DNA of 58,243 nt from Mitosporidium daphniae (lineage: Eukaryota), in assembly GCF_000760515.2 (NCBI RefSeq), contig NW_013546611.1:1-58243 (forward strand), given 5' to 3'. Made by a program: the position numbers and the translations under genes. Under the pieces are notes generated by a model. It was given only the letters and a program-made list of their open reading frames with translations, was not told where the DNA came from and did no database searches. Below, piece by piece: positions 12,201 through 24,890 of the stretch (position 1 is the first letter of the stretch; each line of letters opens with the position of its first letter).

Positions 12201-14505
12201 TTAATAAAGTGTCTCATACTCGATGACAGAAGTTCTTCTTGCACCCTCCTCTATCATATCGAAGCCGAGCAGGGAGAGTAGCTCGCTTTGGTCTTTATAG
12301 ACTGTAAATGCAAAGTTTACCAGCATAGCCATCAGAAATACGACCACAAGAACGGATGGACCGACCAGGTCGTCATACGGGCCTGGATCTCGTTCCCGAA
12401 TTTTCTTTGCCCGCCAAAGATATGTATATAGCGCATAGAATGAGAACACTACCGAAACAAGGGTGAAAATATATCCCGAGATCTTTGCAGTCTTGTGCCC
12501 CAGTCCTACGAGTGCGGTAGAGACACCCCCCAAAAAAATGGAAAAATGGAGCCAAGAAAGAAATGTTCGCTCATTCGCAAAGAAGACCTTCGGCTCCACC
12601 CGTACAGGAACAGCTATTCGTTTATTAACGAGGGTATGGTTTCCACTTGTTGTCTGAATCCTGCTATTTATTCTGGGCGATCTTTTTGCAGGGGGTGTCA
12701 GTGTCCTGGTAGTTAGTGAATCCCTTCTTATGATTTGGGGTCTCACGGATGACCTTAAAAGCAATGGATGCTGCTGCTCTTCACTTTGGTTCTTGCTAGA
12801 TATATCTATGATTACGTGATTGTTATTGGGGTTCAATGAGGAGCCTTGTTTCTGCGAATGAGAACTAGCACTCGATGGTTGCAGTTGCGATCCCAAATCT
12901 GCCTGTTGTGAATTAGAAGATGCAACTAACAAGGGGGTGATTGATCCCGATTCAAACTCTAGAGCACTATCTGCAGACCGGAGCGGGCTTGAAATTGGCG
13001 TAAAGTTTCCCTTGTTTTGCCGGATATCGATATTCATTTGGGAAATCCAAAATGGAAATAGCTGCACTTGTTTCTCATAAAGGACAGCAATTCCATGCAC
13101 AAACTTTGAAAATTTTGGGACTTCCTCCATTAACTGGGACGAGATCAAGTCGGTAATCCATTTTGGCGGATCAGCACCGGTCTCTGTTTGCAGCTTGACT
13201 TCCAAAATGGCATAAGGAAATTTTACAATTTCCGACTCTGGAATCTCAGCGTATGGGTACTCTAGCGAGCTGATATCTTCTCTTTTCCAAGAATCTTCAG
13301 AGGCGGGATTCTCTTTAATCATCACCAGTTCTGTATCGAGGGAGATGCGAACTGAAGCATCTCCCGGGTATTGAAATGCCATTCGATTGTATCTTGTACG
13401 AACATATGGGCGGAGACGCCTTTTGGATATCGTTTCCTGCACTTCGGAAGAAAGCTTTGAGAGCTCGTCAATGGCAGCATCATCCTGCTGCTTCAATAAC
13501 CGCTTTTTCATTAGCGCCTTTTCGAGCGTATATTGTCCTGTCAGATAATCTTTGACATGTTTTTCCTTCAATTGGAATCGGCTTTTAAACGAAATTTCAC
13601 CGGTCCAGTCTTCCTTGTGGATTTTCCGCTCCACAAATACAAGTTCAGGATCATGGGACTTGCCATACCATCGAATTCGGATTGCCTCCGCACCTTCTGA
13701 TTTTTCTAGCCTTCCAAGATATAGTTCAAGTGCGTCATTATCCAAGTAGACAGATGAAATTGAAAAGTCGAGCGTTTGAGAGTAGGCTGAGGTCATCTGC
13801 TGCTTACTCGCACTATTGTATACGATGACGGGAAGATGTTTAAGGATTGCCAGCTTGACATCGGTGACATTGTCTGGATGGACCCAATATTTGGCCGTTT
13901 TTCTGATGAACGTCTCCGAGTTGGTGGAACCATTTGCAGATTGGCGATCTACAGATGCCTCTTGTGAGGAGGGGGAAGATAATCTATTATATAGATTGGA
14001 AAGTCTGAGCAAAAGAATATCCATGTTATGAATGTAGAGCGGGTTATTGCGAAAATGCAACAGAAACATCGGCTTCAGTTTGTAGTCGGTATGTTTGTCG
14101 TGTTTCTTTAAAATCTTCAAGATCCCCGTAAAGTTGAGACGTGTGTATCGACCAAGGGTACCTAGTTCAAAGCCAATGTTGCCGAGCTCCTGTTTAAAGT
14201 GTGCAACGGCATTTTCATTAAGCTTCGGAAGCGAGACTCGGCCAAACACATCTTCATAGTGTTGGATTTTTCGCTGCAACTCGTCAACTTTCATACTTCG
14301 AAAATTTTCAATCTATCGGGTAGGGGAATGGCAACGATACCTTTGAAACTTCCTTTTCCAAACGCTCCACAAACAACGCCTCGTCTTCTTCAGAAAAATT
14401 TTCGTCGCTCCGTTCTTTCAGCATTTCTTTGAGCTTGTCATATTCCAAGTAGTAAAATCTCCAATCCGAATAGACTTTGTTTGCAAGCTGCTTTCCAAAT
14501 TTCAT
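12201..14505 (-). CDS. VTC4: Vacuolar transporter chaperone / polyphosphate polymerase (SPX-VTC-DUF202)
   Basis: MKFGKQL SPX start, LNFTGILKILKKHDK, RKTAKYWVHPDN, GAEAIRIRWYG, LEVKLQ, FSKFVHG, EPKVFFANERTFLSW plus C-terminal transmembrane helices; one short intron near 14310-14340. Confidence 0.92.
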
Positions 14506-14669
14506 AATCCAAAAATATTCGACCCGAATATTGATGATCAATACGCCATAAGGTTTGAAACCTGCCGACCAATGAAAAAATAGGGTTAGCTTGAGATTCC
14601 CCTTGAAACTAGGATTGGCTATCTGAATGATCTGGCGTTTCAGGCCTTAAATTTGAATTTAATAAACTT

Positions 14670-15429
14670 TTACTGGAAATCACTGCCAACCGCCGCATGT
14701 TTGATCTTTTCCATTATCTTAAAATATGAGCCATCATACAGGGACACGATTGCCGATCGATCAAGAGCATATCCGGACAAAATCCACAGAAGTATCCATT
14801 CGAACTTTGAGGCAAACCTAACACAAACTATACGGTGCTTTTTGGACATACCATCCGAATGGATCCAGAAGATCCCTAAATGAGTTTGTCATGTTCCAGA
14901 TGTCTTCAAAAGAAAATATTTTGATCGGCGATTTTGCCGTGCTTTCGCTAGATCCAAAGAGCAAATCCAGCCGTTCGGAACTGACATTTCCTAGGATTAG
15001 GGGCGGATTTGGCCCTACCCCTGTGGTTGTACACCTCCGAGTCAGACCCGTGCTTGCATCTATGTATATTCTTAATGTAGATTGGGAACGTCGGATCTGG
15101 AATCCACGAATCCTGTGTTGGATACGACATGAAGCTGTGAATAACAATGGTGCCAAGAACGGAAACGATAACTCCAAACCTAATGGCACGTAGCCCCTCG
15201 TATGTCTCCATCAGGGTTATAACACCGTCGCCATTTCTACAAATCATCAGTAATTTTATCGAGACTACCTATCAAAGAAGGCAACATGGTTTTGCAGATT
15301 GGTCTCCCACATCTTTATGGACTCTGTAGGCTTTTCATATGTCTCAATGTGGCTGCCAGAGTTAGCGGCCGTCATTTGAGAAAGGCTTGGCCCCTTTGAA
15401 GAAACGAATTCACCGCTGGTAATCTTCAT
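14670..15429 (-). CDS. Caleosin / peroxygenase (EF-hand lipid-droplet protein), multi-exon
   Basis: Spliced product reads LQNHVAFFDRNGDGVITLMETYEGLRAIRF (EF-hand), a hydrophobic hairpin with proline knot SYPTQDSWIPDPTFPIYIKNIH, then KHGSDSEVY, DPFGWFASKFEW and YDGSYF. Confidence 0.88.
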
Positions 15430-15676
15430 TGCTTTCGATGTGAACTTGAGTCCGCTCAATTTATAGGGAAGGGTTGGCTAATTGACAACCTGCCATTGAT
15501 CAATTAGTGTCATCTTTTAGTCTATTAAATTTCCATAAACAGAAAATTTTATTTCAATATCCGTTTGGCATTTTGCTGATGTGGGGGTTGGTTTGGGTTG
15601 GTTTGGTAATATGCTTCGCCCAAATTACATGTGTCAATCACGGGTGTGGTAGCTCATCCGGCTAGTCTTGATCAAG

Positions 15677-17491
15677 TTAAGTTTTGGGGTTTGAAATCAT
15701 TTTAGGCCTGCAATTTAAGGTTTTAAATAGAATCCTCTTTTGTTGATCCGCTTTAGCCTTAACAGATTCTTTGATAGAATTCAAAAATAGCGGATTTGGG
15801 CGCAAATAAGCTCCGACGCCCTCAGGGGTCCATACTCTAAGGAAGATGCCATCGTCGTTACCAGATACGGCATGGGAAATTGCAATCCAACCAATCCCTG
15901 ATAATGCAATTTCAATACCGGGGATTCTGATGGGTCCTTTAGGAATTTCCACTCCATCCAGGGCAACCTTTAGTTCAGGAATCTCCACATTCTTCAACTG
16001 CTTTTGGGTCAAGGGCGAAGTTTGCTCTTTTTTCAGCCTTTGATACTCCTTTTCGGCTTCCGCAAAAGTCCTATTAATATGAATGGGGAGCTTTCTCGTT
16101 GCAAAAATGACGAAATTAGTAAAGTGTTTGTGTCCATCTTGCTCCTTCTCAGCATGTGTATTTGAACAAAGATCAATCCTAACAAGGGGACCAATCCACA
16201 TTGATTGGCCTTTTAAAACCAAATATCTATTTGCTTTAAATGGAGAACTGCTAGAAAAGAGCTTTTCCAAACTTGAAAGGGTAAGGAATCTTGGGATCCA
16301 TCCAAAAGGAAATACTCCCGGTGTATCGATTAGCACACTTTTTTTTGAATTCTTCGCGAATGATCCGCTTTCTTGGGCAACTGTCTTTGTGAAATCATGA
16401 GCATAGTGCAAAGAAGCAGAAAAGAAGCCAACCGTCGTCCCTGGAGAAAGCGTTGAAATGCTAATTTTTGGTTCTGCCGTGTCACACTTATTTTCAAAGA
16501 ATCGCTTTGTATTGATGATTTTGGTCCATAGCTTTGATTTTCCGGAATTAGTGGGCCCTACAAGATAAATACTAGCCTTTGCAGAAGGAGGCTTTCCTCG
16601 CATCAGAATGGATGCGGCTTTTGTAAGGGAGGCAATCATATTGTGACAATTAAACCCCGATTTTGCGCTGACAGGAACCACGTCAAACACGGGTCTCTTA
16701 ATTAATTCAGTGGCGGCCCACTCCTTTACATGGTTTCGAAATTTAGCCAATTCTTTTTCATCGCCCGTGATGGACAAAGGAAGCAAATCGATCTTTGTCA
16801 GAGCAATGATTACTTGAATATCTTCCATCGATTGCAAGTGGGAAATTAATTTTCCAGGCTGATGACTCTGGTCGTGGAAAGTTGCCCATGAAGTAGGGAA
16901 ATCTGTAGAATCTACCAACAAGCAAAAAATGGCTCTTTTTGCGTTATAAGTTGCCAGGAATTTTTCCCACCACAAATTGGGGTTGACTATTGAAACATTC
17001 TTCGTTAAAGGAGTAATAACGGAGATGGAACTTCTTTCGTTTGAACCTGGGGATTCTTTTTTATTCAAAAGGTTATGGCATTTTTGGCAAATAGGAATTG
17101 CAGGCTTTTTTCTTTTGACGCTACCTTCACCTAGAGGCTGCTCAGGGAGCATCGAAGTGATAGGGCGATCATCAACACACGTTGTATTCAGACGATTTTC
17201 TATTCGTTCCATATCAAGCCGAGATAACTGCCTCCCTTTAAGGGCATTATTTCTTGGAGAAGAACGTCGCGCATGCTCCAGTTCTTGTAATATTTTGTCT
17301 CTCCTACTTGACAGATTAGGCAGATATCCAGGGCTACCAGGGAGTCCATTCTCGTGAAATTGCGCGCCGCATCCAGAGCACTCCTCTAGAAATTTTGTCA
17401 AGAGCGATGAAATAGACGAAAAAAACATGTGAGAAGAAAATCGATGCCAACATCCCGGGGGCCATGCATGGAGGGCTTTGGGAGAATTCAT
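15677..17491 (-). CDS. Circularly permuted YqeH/NOA1/Gep3-like GTPase (mitoribosome small subunit assembly)
   Basis: CSGC...CQKC zinc pair, then G4-G5-G1-G2-G3 order: TKIDLL, VSAKSG, GPTNSGKS, PGTT, DTPG. Confidence 0.8.
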   Translation of the reverse strand: MNSPKALHAWPPGCWHRFSSHMFFSSISSLLTKFLEECSGCGAQFHENGLPGSPGYLPNLSSRRDKILQELEHARRSSPRNNALKGRQLSRLDMERIENRLNTTCVDDRPITSMLPEQPLGEGSVKRKKPAIPICQKCHNLLNKKESPGSNERSSISVITPLTKNVSIVNPNLWWEKFLATYNAKRAIFCLLVDSTDFPTSWATFHDQSHQPGKLISHLQSMEDIQVIIALTKIDLLPLSITGDEKELAKFRNHVKEWAATELIKRPVFDVVPVSAKSGFNCHNMIASLTKAASILMRGKPPSAKASIYLVGPTNSGKSKLWTKIINTKRFFENKCDTAEPKISISTLSPGTTVGFFSASLHYAHDFTKTVAQESGSFAKNSKKSVLIDTPGVFPFGWIPRFLTLSSLEKLFSSSSPFKANRYLVLKGQSMWIGPLVRIDLCSNTHAEKEQDGHKHFTNFVIFATRKLPIHINRTFAEAEKEYQRLKKEQTSPLTQKQLKNVEIPELKVALDGVEIPKGPIRIPGIEIALSGIGWIAISHAVSGNDDGIFLRVWTPEGVGAYLRPNPLFLNSIKESVKAKADQQKRILFKTLNCRPKMISNPKT

Positions 17492-17564
17492 CAAAATTTA
17501 ATTTTAAAGTTTTTAATTATCGAAATAAAGCAATTTGGTGAGGTTCCACATTGTCACTTTCACT

Positions 17565-19262
17565 TTACGTCTGTTTGATAACGGACATCAAATCAACGTG
17601 TCTTGAAGACAAATCGAGGTTCCTAAAGTAAATTTGGAAAATCAAACCCGAGGAATCCAGAATACTTTTTGCTCATAAAAATACAAAAATTGACAAGCAC
17701 GTAAAAGACGTGATTGTGTCCCTATAAAAAGTGAGGTCAAATCTCTTACATCAATTGACAAGTAGTGGGTGTCATCCAGCAGGGATACAAGCAGGAAATT
17801 GGAGCTAGAAGGGCTTGAGCGCACGATTTGAAGAGGAAATTGCCGAATCATAGACTGGTAGGACTCAAGCGGTCGCTTATAGCCCCCGAAAGAGCTGTAT
17901 TCACTCCCACTAGAAGAGGACAGGCCCATTCCATATCCAAACAAATCAAGCGCATATTTAGAGAAGGTGGAAATGGACTCATCGAAATAGGGTGACATCA
18001 AAAGGTCCATCTTGATGGCGAAGATCCCAAGTAATAGCTAAGAAAAGAGCAAAAGTAAATACCATACCTCAACGTCGGAAAAACAAGAATCCTTTATATC
18101 GGCGTCCACAATAAACGGGGATGTTGAATCCATGGCCCCAATGGGGCCCCTGAAAGCGGAAAGATTATCCAGCATGGAAAGGTCTAAGAAGGGTTAAAAG
18201 CACACACAACCTTTGATTCGATGATAAATGAAAGAGCGAATATGGTCATTGTTTTTGAGCTCCAAATGCGAGTGCGAAGAGGATGAAGAAAAAAGTAAAT
18301 GCGGGGAAAGAAACAGCTCCAACTGAAGTCTTCTGAGCCACAATTCCGCCTAAAAATTTGGTTGGAGATCCACATCAAACCTTTCCGGCGGACAAAAAGA
18401 TAGCATAGTCATTTGCAAGAACGGTGCAAGAAACCTGTTTTAGAGACAAATCGGCAACACTTGGCCAGTGCACTAGGCCATGAAAATGAACACCAAGTAC
18501 GATGAAAGATTTTACTTAGGCAGCCATACTGAGGCAATGTGGCTTCTTTTAACAGAGTGTCAACTTTGATCATTTCCGAATACAAAGGGCGCAGCAGCTT
18601 TGATACCAGCCACTAACATTCATTTGATATACAGAATGCATTACCTGTTTTAGATTTTTTATGGAGACTGCGTAAAACTTATCATCAATGTCAAACTGAT
18701 GGGCAAACGACAGAAGACGCGGCTTGGTAATCGAAGACTTTACAGTGGACTCATTCATTTCCTCCCTCCCAGGGAGAAGAGTAACTCCGGTGCAGTATGG
18801 GCGCGTCTGTGGCAGAACAAGAGGTAGCTTTAATCTTTGCTCTATTTTCTCATCAAAAGGAAGATCTGATAGATGATGGTCTTTAATTGGAACTCTGTCA
18901 GATATACCGAACGAATCTGCGATTGGAGTCCGAATGGGAACACGGTCAACAAGCAATTTGGACAAATCTGATTTCGCTTTTACAGGCAAGGGCTGCCTTG
19001 AGATTGTTTTAACAGGGTATTGGAAAATCAGTGTGATAAGGTTGAAAAAAAGCAGAACCAAAATGATCCTATATGCCTTATCAAAAATACTATCTGCATA
19101 AACCCCCAATCCTTCGGAGACAGGAAAGCCTTGAAACAATGGGATATGTTGCAGAAAATAATACCATATAAAAGAAAAAAGATTCTTTCCGCTTATAAAC
19201 AATAAGAGTATTATTGTGAATGAAACCACGTTTAGGAAGATCAGAGAAGACTTGGCTTCCAT
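17565..19262 (-). CDS. Multi-exon membrane protein with two N-terminal TM helices; weak resemblance to TMEM209-type nuclear-envelope proteins
   Basis: Hydrophobic N-terminus from ATG 19262. The predicted C-terminus ...CQFLYFYEQK...RNLDLSSRHVDLMSVIKQT* loosely recalls the TMEM209 C-terminus. Exon structure is not fully resolved. Confidence 0.4.
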
Positions 19263-19271
19263 TAACAAATT

Positions 19272-19367
19272 TAATTTACAATTGGAAGGGCACACTAATT
19301 TACAATTGGAGGGGCACACTAATTTACAATTGGAGGGGCACACTAATTTACAATTGGAAGGGTACAA
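19272..19367. repeat. 24-bp tandem repeat x4 (taatttacaattggaRgggcacac) immediately upstream of ATG 19262
   Basis: Direct head-to-tail copies with no spacers; each contains ATTGG/CCAAT and an AATTT tract. Confidence 0.92.
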
Positions 19368-19903
19368 TTAAAAGTCATCCCTTCATTAAAGAAACTTGGT
19401 TGTATTAACACACACTAACCCTAAATTGATCTGCTAAATTTGGGGTTACAAGCTTATCGATGAGGAGCACAGAAATTATGACCGATTCTTGCGGTTCCGA
19501 GCAAATTTTAGCGCGAAATAGCTATTTTAAGCGACCTTCTAAAGTAGCAATAAATCTAGCGATGCGAATATTTGGCTATCAATAGGGCTGATTGTTGATA
19601 AGCCTAAAAAGTTGTGCTCAAAGAAGCCAAAATCACATCAAGGCGCTTGAAGTTTGCGTTTCAAGGCAGTTAAAGGAGTAGGGTGAGGGGCATGGGCATT
19701 GAAATTTGCAAAAATCATACCAAACAAACATGCGCAAAAAAATATAAAAAGAGGCCATGTTCCGAGGGACACAATCTACAAAACAGCCGCGTACTTTGAG
19801 ATCCAAAAACGACATGCAAACTTTCCACTAACCGTGTATGTTACGACCGGCCCACAACTGATCATGTTTCACTTCCTTTACTTATATGGTACAGATTGTC
19901 GTG

Positions 19904-21643
19904 CTACACAAGCTCAGCGTCCTCCAGAAACCGGTACTCGAAGGTGAACTCGGACTTTTTCCGCTGTGACCACGAGGCTTCATAGTCAAAGTAAATGTAT
20001 GTACCCTGTTCAAAGTCCTCTGTTACGATTTTGGGCTCTTCATGCCGCTGGAACCAAGTAAGGTATTTCTTGTGATATCTCCACGACTGTTTTTTGAGCT
20101 CCCTTGCAGCGAGATACTGCGCGTAGGTGTTTGGCAAAAAATAAAAGACGGCAAACAGGCACTCGACATCCATCCGCTCAAAGAGTGAACTACGCCATAC
20201 TGTCGCGTGTGGAGAAAGCCGTGGAAAGTTGAACCGCTCCCATGGCGCTGCTGAGTGTGTGTTTGGATCGATTGCGGACATTTCAGGCCTGAAAAAGGCA
20301 TCCTCCATATTGGCAACGAGCTGTTCCAGCCCCTGTACCTTTGGAAACCCCTGCTCCACAGCTTGTAGATGTTCATTGCTGACCAAATCGAGATGGGAGT
20401 TAAGACAGCTACTTGCAGAGAACATGAACCACGGCACTGCAGAGATCGGGGGTTCCCGTTCCTCGCTGACGCCGGTACCGGCTGTTCTCTTCGCAGAGGA
20501 CGGATTCTCTGGCGAGATAATTGACTTTGGTACATTCGACCACACCTTGATCGGTGTCGAAGATACAGGAATGTTTCCCGTTGATGTGATGGGTGGAATA
20601 GAGACATTGGAAGCGACTTCAGCGACTAGCCAATAAAAACATCAAACAAACCTTTAGAAGAGACGAACGTTGACTTTCTATGATGATGCTGATGCTGATG
20701 ATGATGATTGTGTCCACTTTGCGGAGGGGCCAGAGGAGGTGAAGCCGAAAGAAGCTTGGGATGTGGAAGCTCTGATTCCCCCAGCACGTCATGGGGCCTC
20801 TCATCTTCGTCATCAGAATTGGCTGCGCTAAGGGTGGACATGCTCGGCTTGAGCAATACCTCTGCCTCCAATGCCGAAAAGTCAAAATCGCTGTAGATGG
20901 AATCGTCCTCGAGATAATCCGGATTCTACCGCCATTGAAAACTATTTCCTACCTCTCCATTCTCAAGATAATCGTCCATAAAGTCGCGCAGGGAGCCGAC
21001 CTCCTCTGAGAGAATGTGTTCATTCTCGATCATTCGCAACACAAGTTCCAGCTTCAAGATGTGGTGATTGTGTCGCGCTACATGCGCCTCTAGCTCACGC
21101 TGGCGCGGCGACTTCCCCGCCATCTTTGCGGAGGCTGCCCGGCGACTGCCAGCCCCTAGGGCCGTGTTGCAGATGGCCTCCAGCTCTGCTTCGTTTGAGT
21201 CTATCAACGTTTTGAGATGGTCCATGGACGTGGAAATCCATGCCACTACTTCTGCCTTTTCCTTTTCTTTGGGATCGACTTTTGAGATGGCCGAGAGCCC
21301 TTCCTTGGAGTATGCTTTAATTTTGATTTCCTTTTCAAGCACCTTAAACCGCTCCATGAGCACCTCTATCCTCCGCCGTGTCTCGTTTAGGGGTTCCTTG
21401 TTTTTTATCTCGTTCGACGTCTGCCACACCTTGATTTGGTCGCGGAGACGCTGGAGGCGTTTGACCTCCTTCTTCATTTCTCCTTCCCAACGCTCCTTCT
21501 GGGCGGCAGTGGTGGACGCATTTAGCTTTGCGAGGTATTCTTCGAATTGTTCAATGCCCTCATCGACCTTTTTGATGGTGCGCTCGATCTCAGCTACAAT
21601 CGTTAGCATGATCATTCCTACTCTGCAACTTGCGGTTGCTCAT
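19904..21643 (-). CDS. NOT3: CCR4-NOT complex subunit Not3/Not5
   Basis: [42 protein letters not shown]-terminal NOT box [29 protein letters not shown]...[10 protein letters not shown]. Confidence 0.92.
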
Positions 21644-21803
21644 AAAATAAAATTAGAAATAAATAAATAAATTGGAACAATTTTAATTCTCGCCATTGAT
21701 ATTTTCCACTTTATTTTTGGATGTTTGATCCGATTCGCGAGTTTAGGGCGATCATGCCACACTTGACCCCGGTCACGGGGTCCGGATGCTGCGGATCTAC
21801 AGG

Positions 21804-24800
21804 CTATATTTGTTCGCGGTGCTTGCTCAGATCGTAAGCATGGCGCGAGATAAATGGTCGAGGCCCGAGGATGCGCTCCAAATCCTCTCTATGAAGAGAT
21901 TCCCGCAAAAGCAGCTCTTGCGCCAGTGCTTCCAGAGCTTTTTGACGGCTAGAGATCAGCTCCAGGGCACGTTGATAGCATTCGTCTATCATAATCTTGA
22001 CTCTGGCGTCGATAAGCCGAGCGGTCTCGTCAGAGTATGGCGGTGGGGCCCCAAATCTTCTCTCTGTGTTTGGAAATGAGAGGAGCCCAATGCGATCATC
22101 CATGCCCAGTACGCTTACGGCATCATATGCCATTTCGGTCACCTGAAAAGTTAAAACCCGAAATATTGGCTACGCGAGAACAACAAAAGTAAAGCGGAAA
22201 TCAAAAGACACCATCATCGAACAGGGGAAGCAGTAAAAATAAGAAAGCATAAAATAAGCACGAAAACAAACCTTTTGAAGATCATTTTGTGCTCCAGAGG
22301 TGATCGATGCACGTCCAAGGATCACCTCTTCCGCTATGCGGCCTCCAAGAGCCACGCAGATGCGATCCATCAGCTGGGCTTTGCTGAGGAGCAGCCCGTC
22401 AGAAGGCAATGTGCGGGCAAAGCCAAGAGCACCAGAAGACCGAGGAATAATGGTTACCTTCATCACCGGATCCGCATGTTCTAAGAACCAGGCAACAAGT
22501 GCATGTCCAGACTCATGATGGGCCACAATCGACCTCTCCTCTGTGGCAAGCACACGCGATCGACGCTCGCTTCCAGCAATGACGCGTTCCACGGCCGCCT
22601 CAAAATGTTCTCCTTTCACATATGTTTGGGAGAGCCTGGCCGCAAGTAGAGCTGCTTCGTTGCAAACATTTGCAATATCGGCACCAACAAATCCAGGTGT
22701 CATGTATGCTAAACGAGCAGATATTTCTCCTTTCTCCAATTTTGGATCAAGCTTGAGCGGCTCCAGATGTAGAAGATAAATTTGTTTCCGTCCATTGGCG
22801 TCGGGCCGCTCAATCGAAATATGGCGATCAAATCGTCCAGGGCGCAACAGTGCCGGGTCAAGTACATCTGGTCGATTGGTGCCAGCTATTATCACCACGG
22901 GTGCTTCTTGAGATGATGAAAAGCCATCCATTTCCACAAGCAGCTGATTTAGCGTCGATTCCCGCTCATCATTTCCCCCGCCTCCAATGGGCGAGGAGCG
23001 GCCCCTAGCCCTTCCAATTGCATCGATCTCATCAATAAACACAATACAAGGTGCTATTTTTCGCGCTTCTTCAAATAGATCACGGACACGAGAAGCACCG
23101 ACACCAACAAACATTTCCACAAATTCGGCCCCCGAAATGGAAAGAAATGGAACCTCGGCCTCCCCGGCCATCGCCTTGGCGAGAAGGGTCTTTCCGGTTC
23201 CAGGGGGTCCACTCAATATGGCGCCTTTTGGGATGCGTGCTCCAAGCTCTGCATATACTTGTGGCTCTCGAAGAAATTTTACAAACTCCGAAATTTCGAG
23301 TTTGGTTTCATCCATTCCAGCCACATCTTTAAAGCGAACTTTTTGGGCAGTTTGCGCATTATAAAGCTTTGCCTTTGATTTTCCGGCATTGAAAACCCTG
23401 GCCAAAGGGTTTCCGGAACCAGATCCGGAACCAAGCCCACCCTTTTGCGATAATGAGTACCCCTTCCACATGACATATCCTATAAACGCCAGCGGAAGGA
23501 CAGATATCAGAATTTCAAAAAAGATCAGGCCATTGGTTAATAGCGATGAAGGACCGAGATTCTGCCGACCAGACTCATTGGGCCATGTTTGATTTACTTC
23601 CCAAACAACGGGAACCATCGAGATTGAACGCGATTGAAACGCCTCTGAAAGGCGCTTTTCAAAATTTTCCATAGATCCGATGGTAAACATGAGAGATGGG
23701 AACAATTTTTTTCTATATGTGTGAATCTCTTCGTTTGCTGTCTGACGTGCTTGCTCATCCATCGATGCGTCCTTTTCTTCATCTTTAAGAAAAACATAGA
23801 CGCGTGTTTTATCTGAAGCCACTAGTAGCTTTGACACGAGGCCTTCTTTCAAATAGGAGGATAGAAGAAATTCTTCAAAAGAAATTTCTTGAATTGGAGG
23901 GCGATCTAATGCCAGCGAAGAAGAAAGATCAAAGAGCTTACTAGAGAAATAGTACAACGAAGTAGCAAGGACTAAAAATGCAATTTCCGGGCGTTTCCAA
24001 AACGGATTATCCTTTGCATTGCTTGCCTTCTCTCCTTTTGCATTGTTTTTTCCAGCCTGTTTTTGTTGCTGTTTGCCATTGTCATTTTCGCCTTGCTTGC
24101 GATCCGCATCATGATCCCGCGGAGTAAAATTGATTCCATTACGTGCTTGATTTTCATTTAGTTCGAGCTTCACGGTATTTTTGTCAAAAGACAAAAAGAT
24201 GTTCTCATCAGGAGCAAGGAAAACCACTTTGGGAGGTGCGTTTTCCTGAAAACTAGGTTCTTGAATAAGAATGCGCGCATCTTTACACTTTAAACGCTGG
24301 AAAAACGGAATGAAATCATCGGGAGATTTTCTCAGGAAAAGGGCGGCCAGGATTGGAAAATCCTTCCATGAAGGACCTTCATTCCAAAGCGAATCCTTGA
24401 GCCCGAGGGCTAGAGAATATCGAGTCAAATCAAAAGGCTCGTTTGGATGTTTGTCCAGAATGGCTCCGGGATGATCATTCAGGAAACTAAGTTCTACTTT
24501 TGAGATTGAATTCAGGGATGGATGGCGTTTTATGGCGAACTTTCTTACAGCGAAAACGGAAAAGATCCTGTATTCGATTCGAGAAACTTTTGTCTTGACA
24601 AGAAGTTCCTGCATGCGAGTCTTTAAAATAAGGGAGTTGTATTTTTCAAGAAAGGATTCCCGGATCTCCTTCTCCACTTCAAGGGTTATTTTGCCAAGTG
24701 CGTCCCGCGGCAACTTGGAAATGTCAATAATATAGGTGGATGTGTCGATCTCATTTTGCGATTCATGCCGAGTGGAAAAAAGACGGTTGATTTGCAATAA

Positions 24801-24890
24801 ATAAGCAGTGCATCGCAGTTTATGGACATGTTTTGTTGGCTGATATCTGCACAACAACGGCCAATAATTGGCACGTCCACTGGGGAACAT
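21804..24890 (-). CDS. Mitochondrial m-AAA metalloprotease (Afg3/Yta12, FtsH family)
   Basis: [46 protein letters not shown] zinc motif; intron 22143-22271 joins GAQNDLQK to VTEMAY. Confidence 0.92.

Noticed and set aside
15641..15670. GGGTGTGGTAGCTCA...CTAGTC resembling the 5' end of SRP/Alu RNA
   Set aside because: The match is only about 25 nt, no S-domain motifs follow, and the sequence runs directly into the GTPase coding end.
19272..19367. 24-bp repeats as a CRISPR array
   Set aside because: The copies are head-to-tail with no unique spacers, there are no cas genes, and the context is eukaryotic.
19263..19367. N-terminal (CPSNCKLV)n of ORF 18570..19367
   Set aside because: It starts at a non-ATG codon and merely translates the promoter repeat; the likely start is ATG 19262.
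20680..20712. His-rich tract [11 protein letters not shown]
   Set aside because: A low-complexity trinucleotide run in the disordered Not3 linker, not a separate feature.
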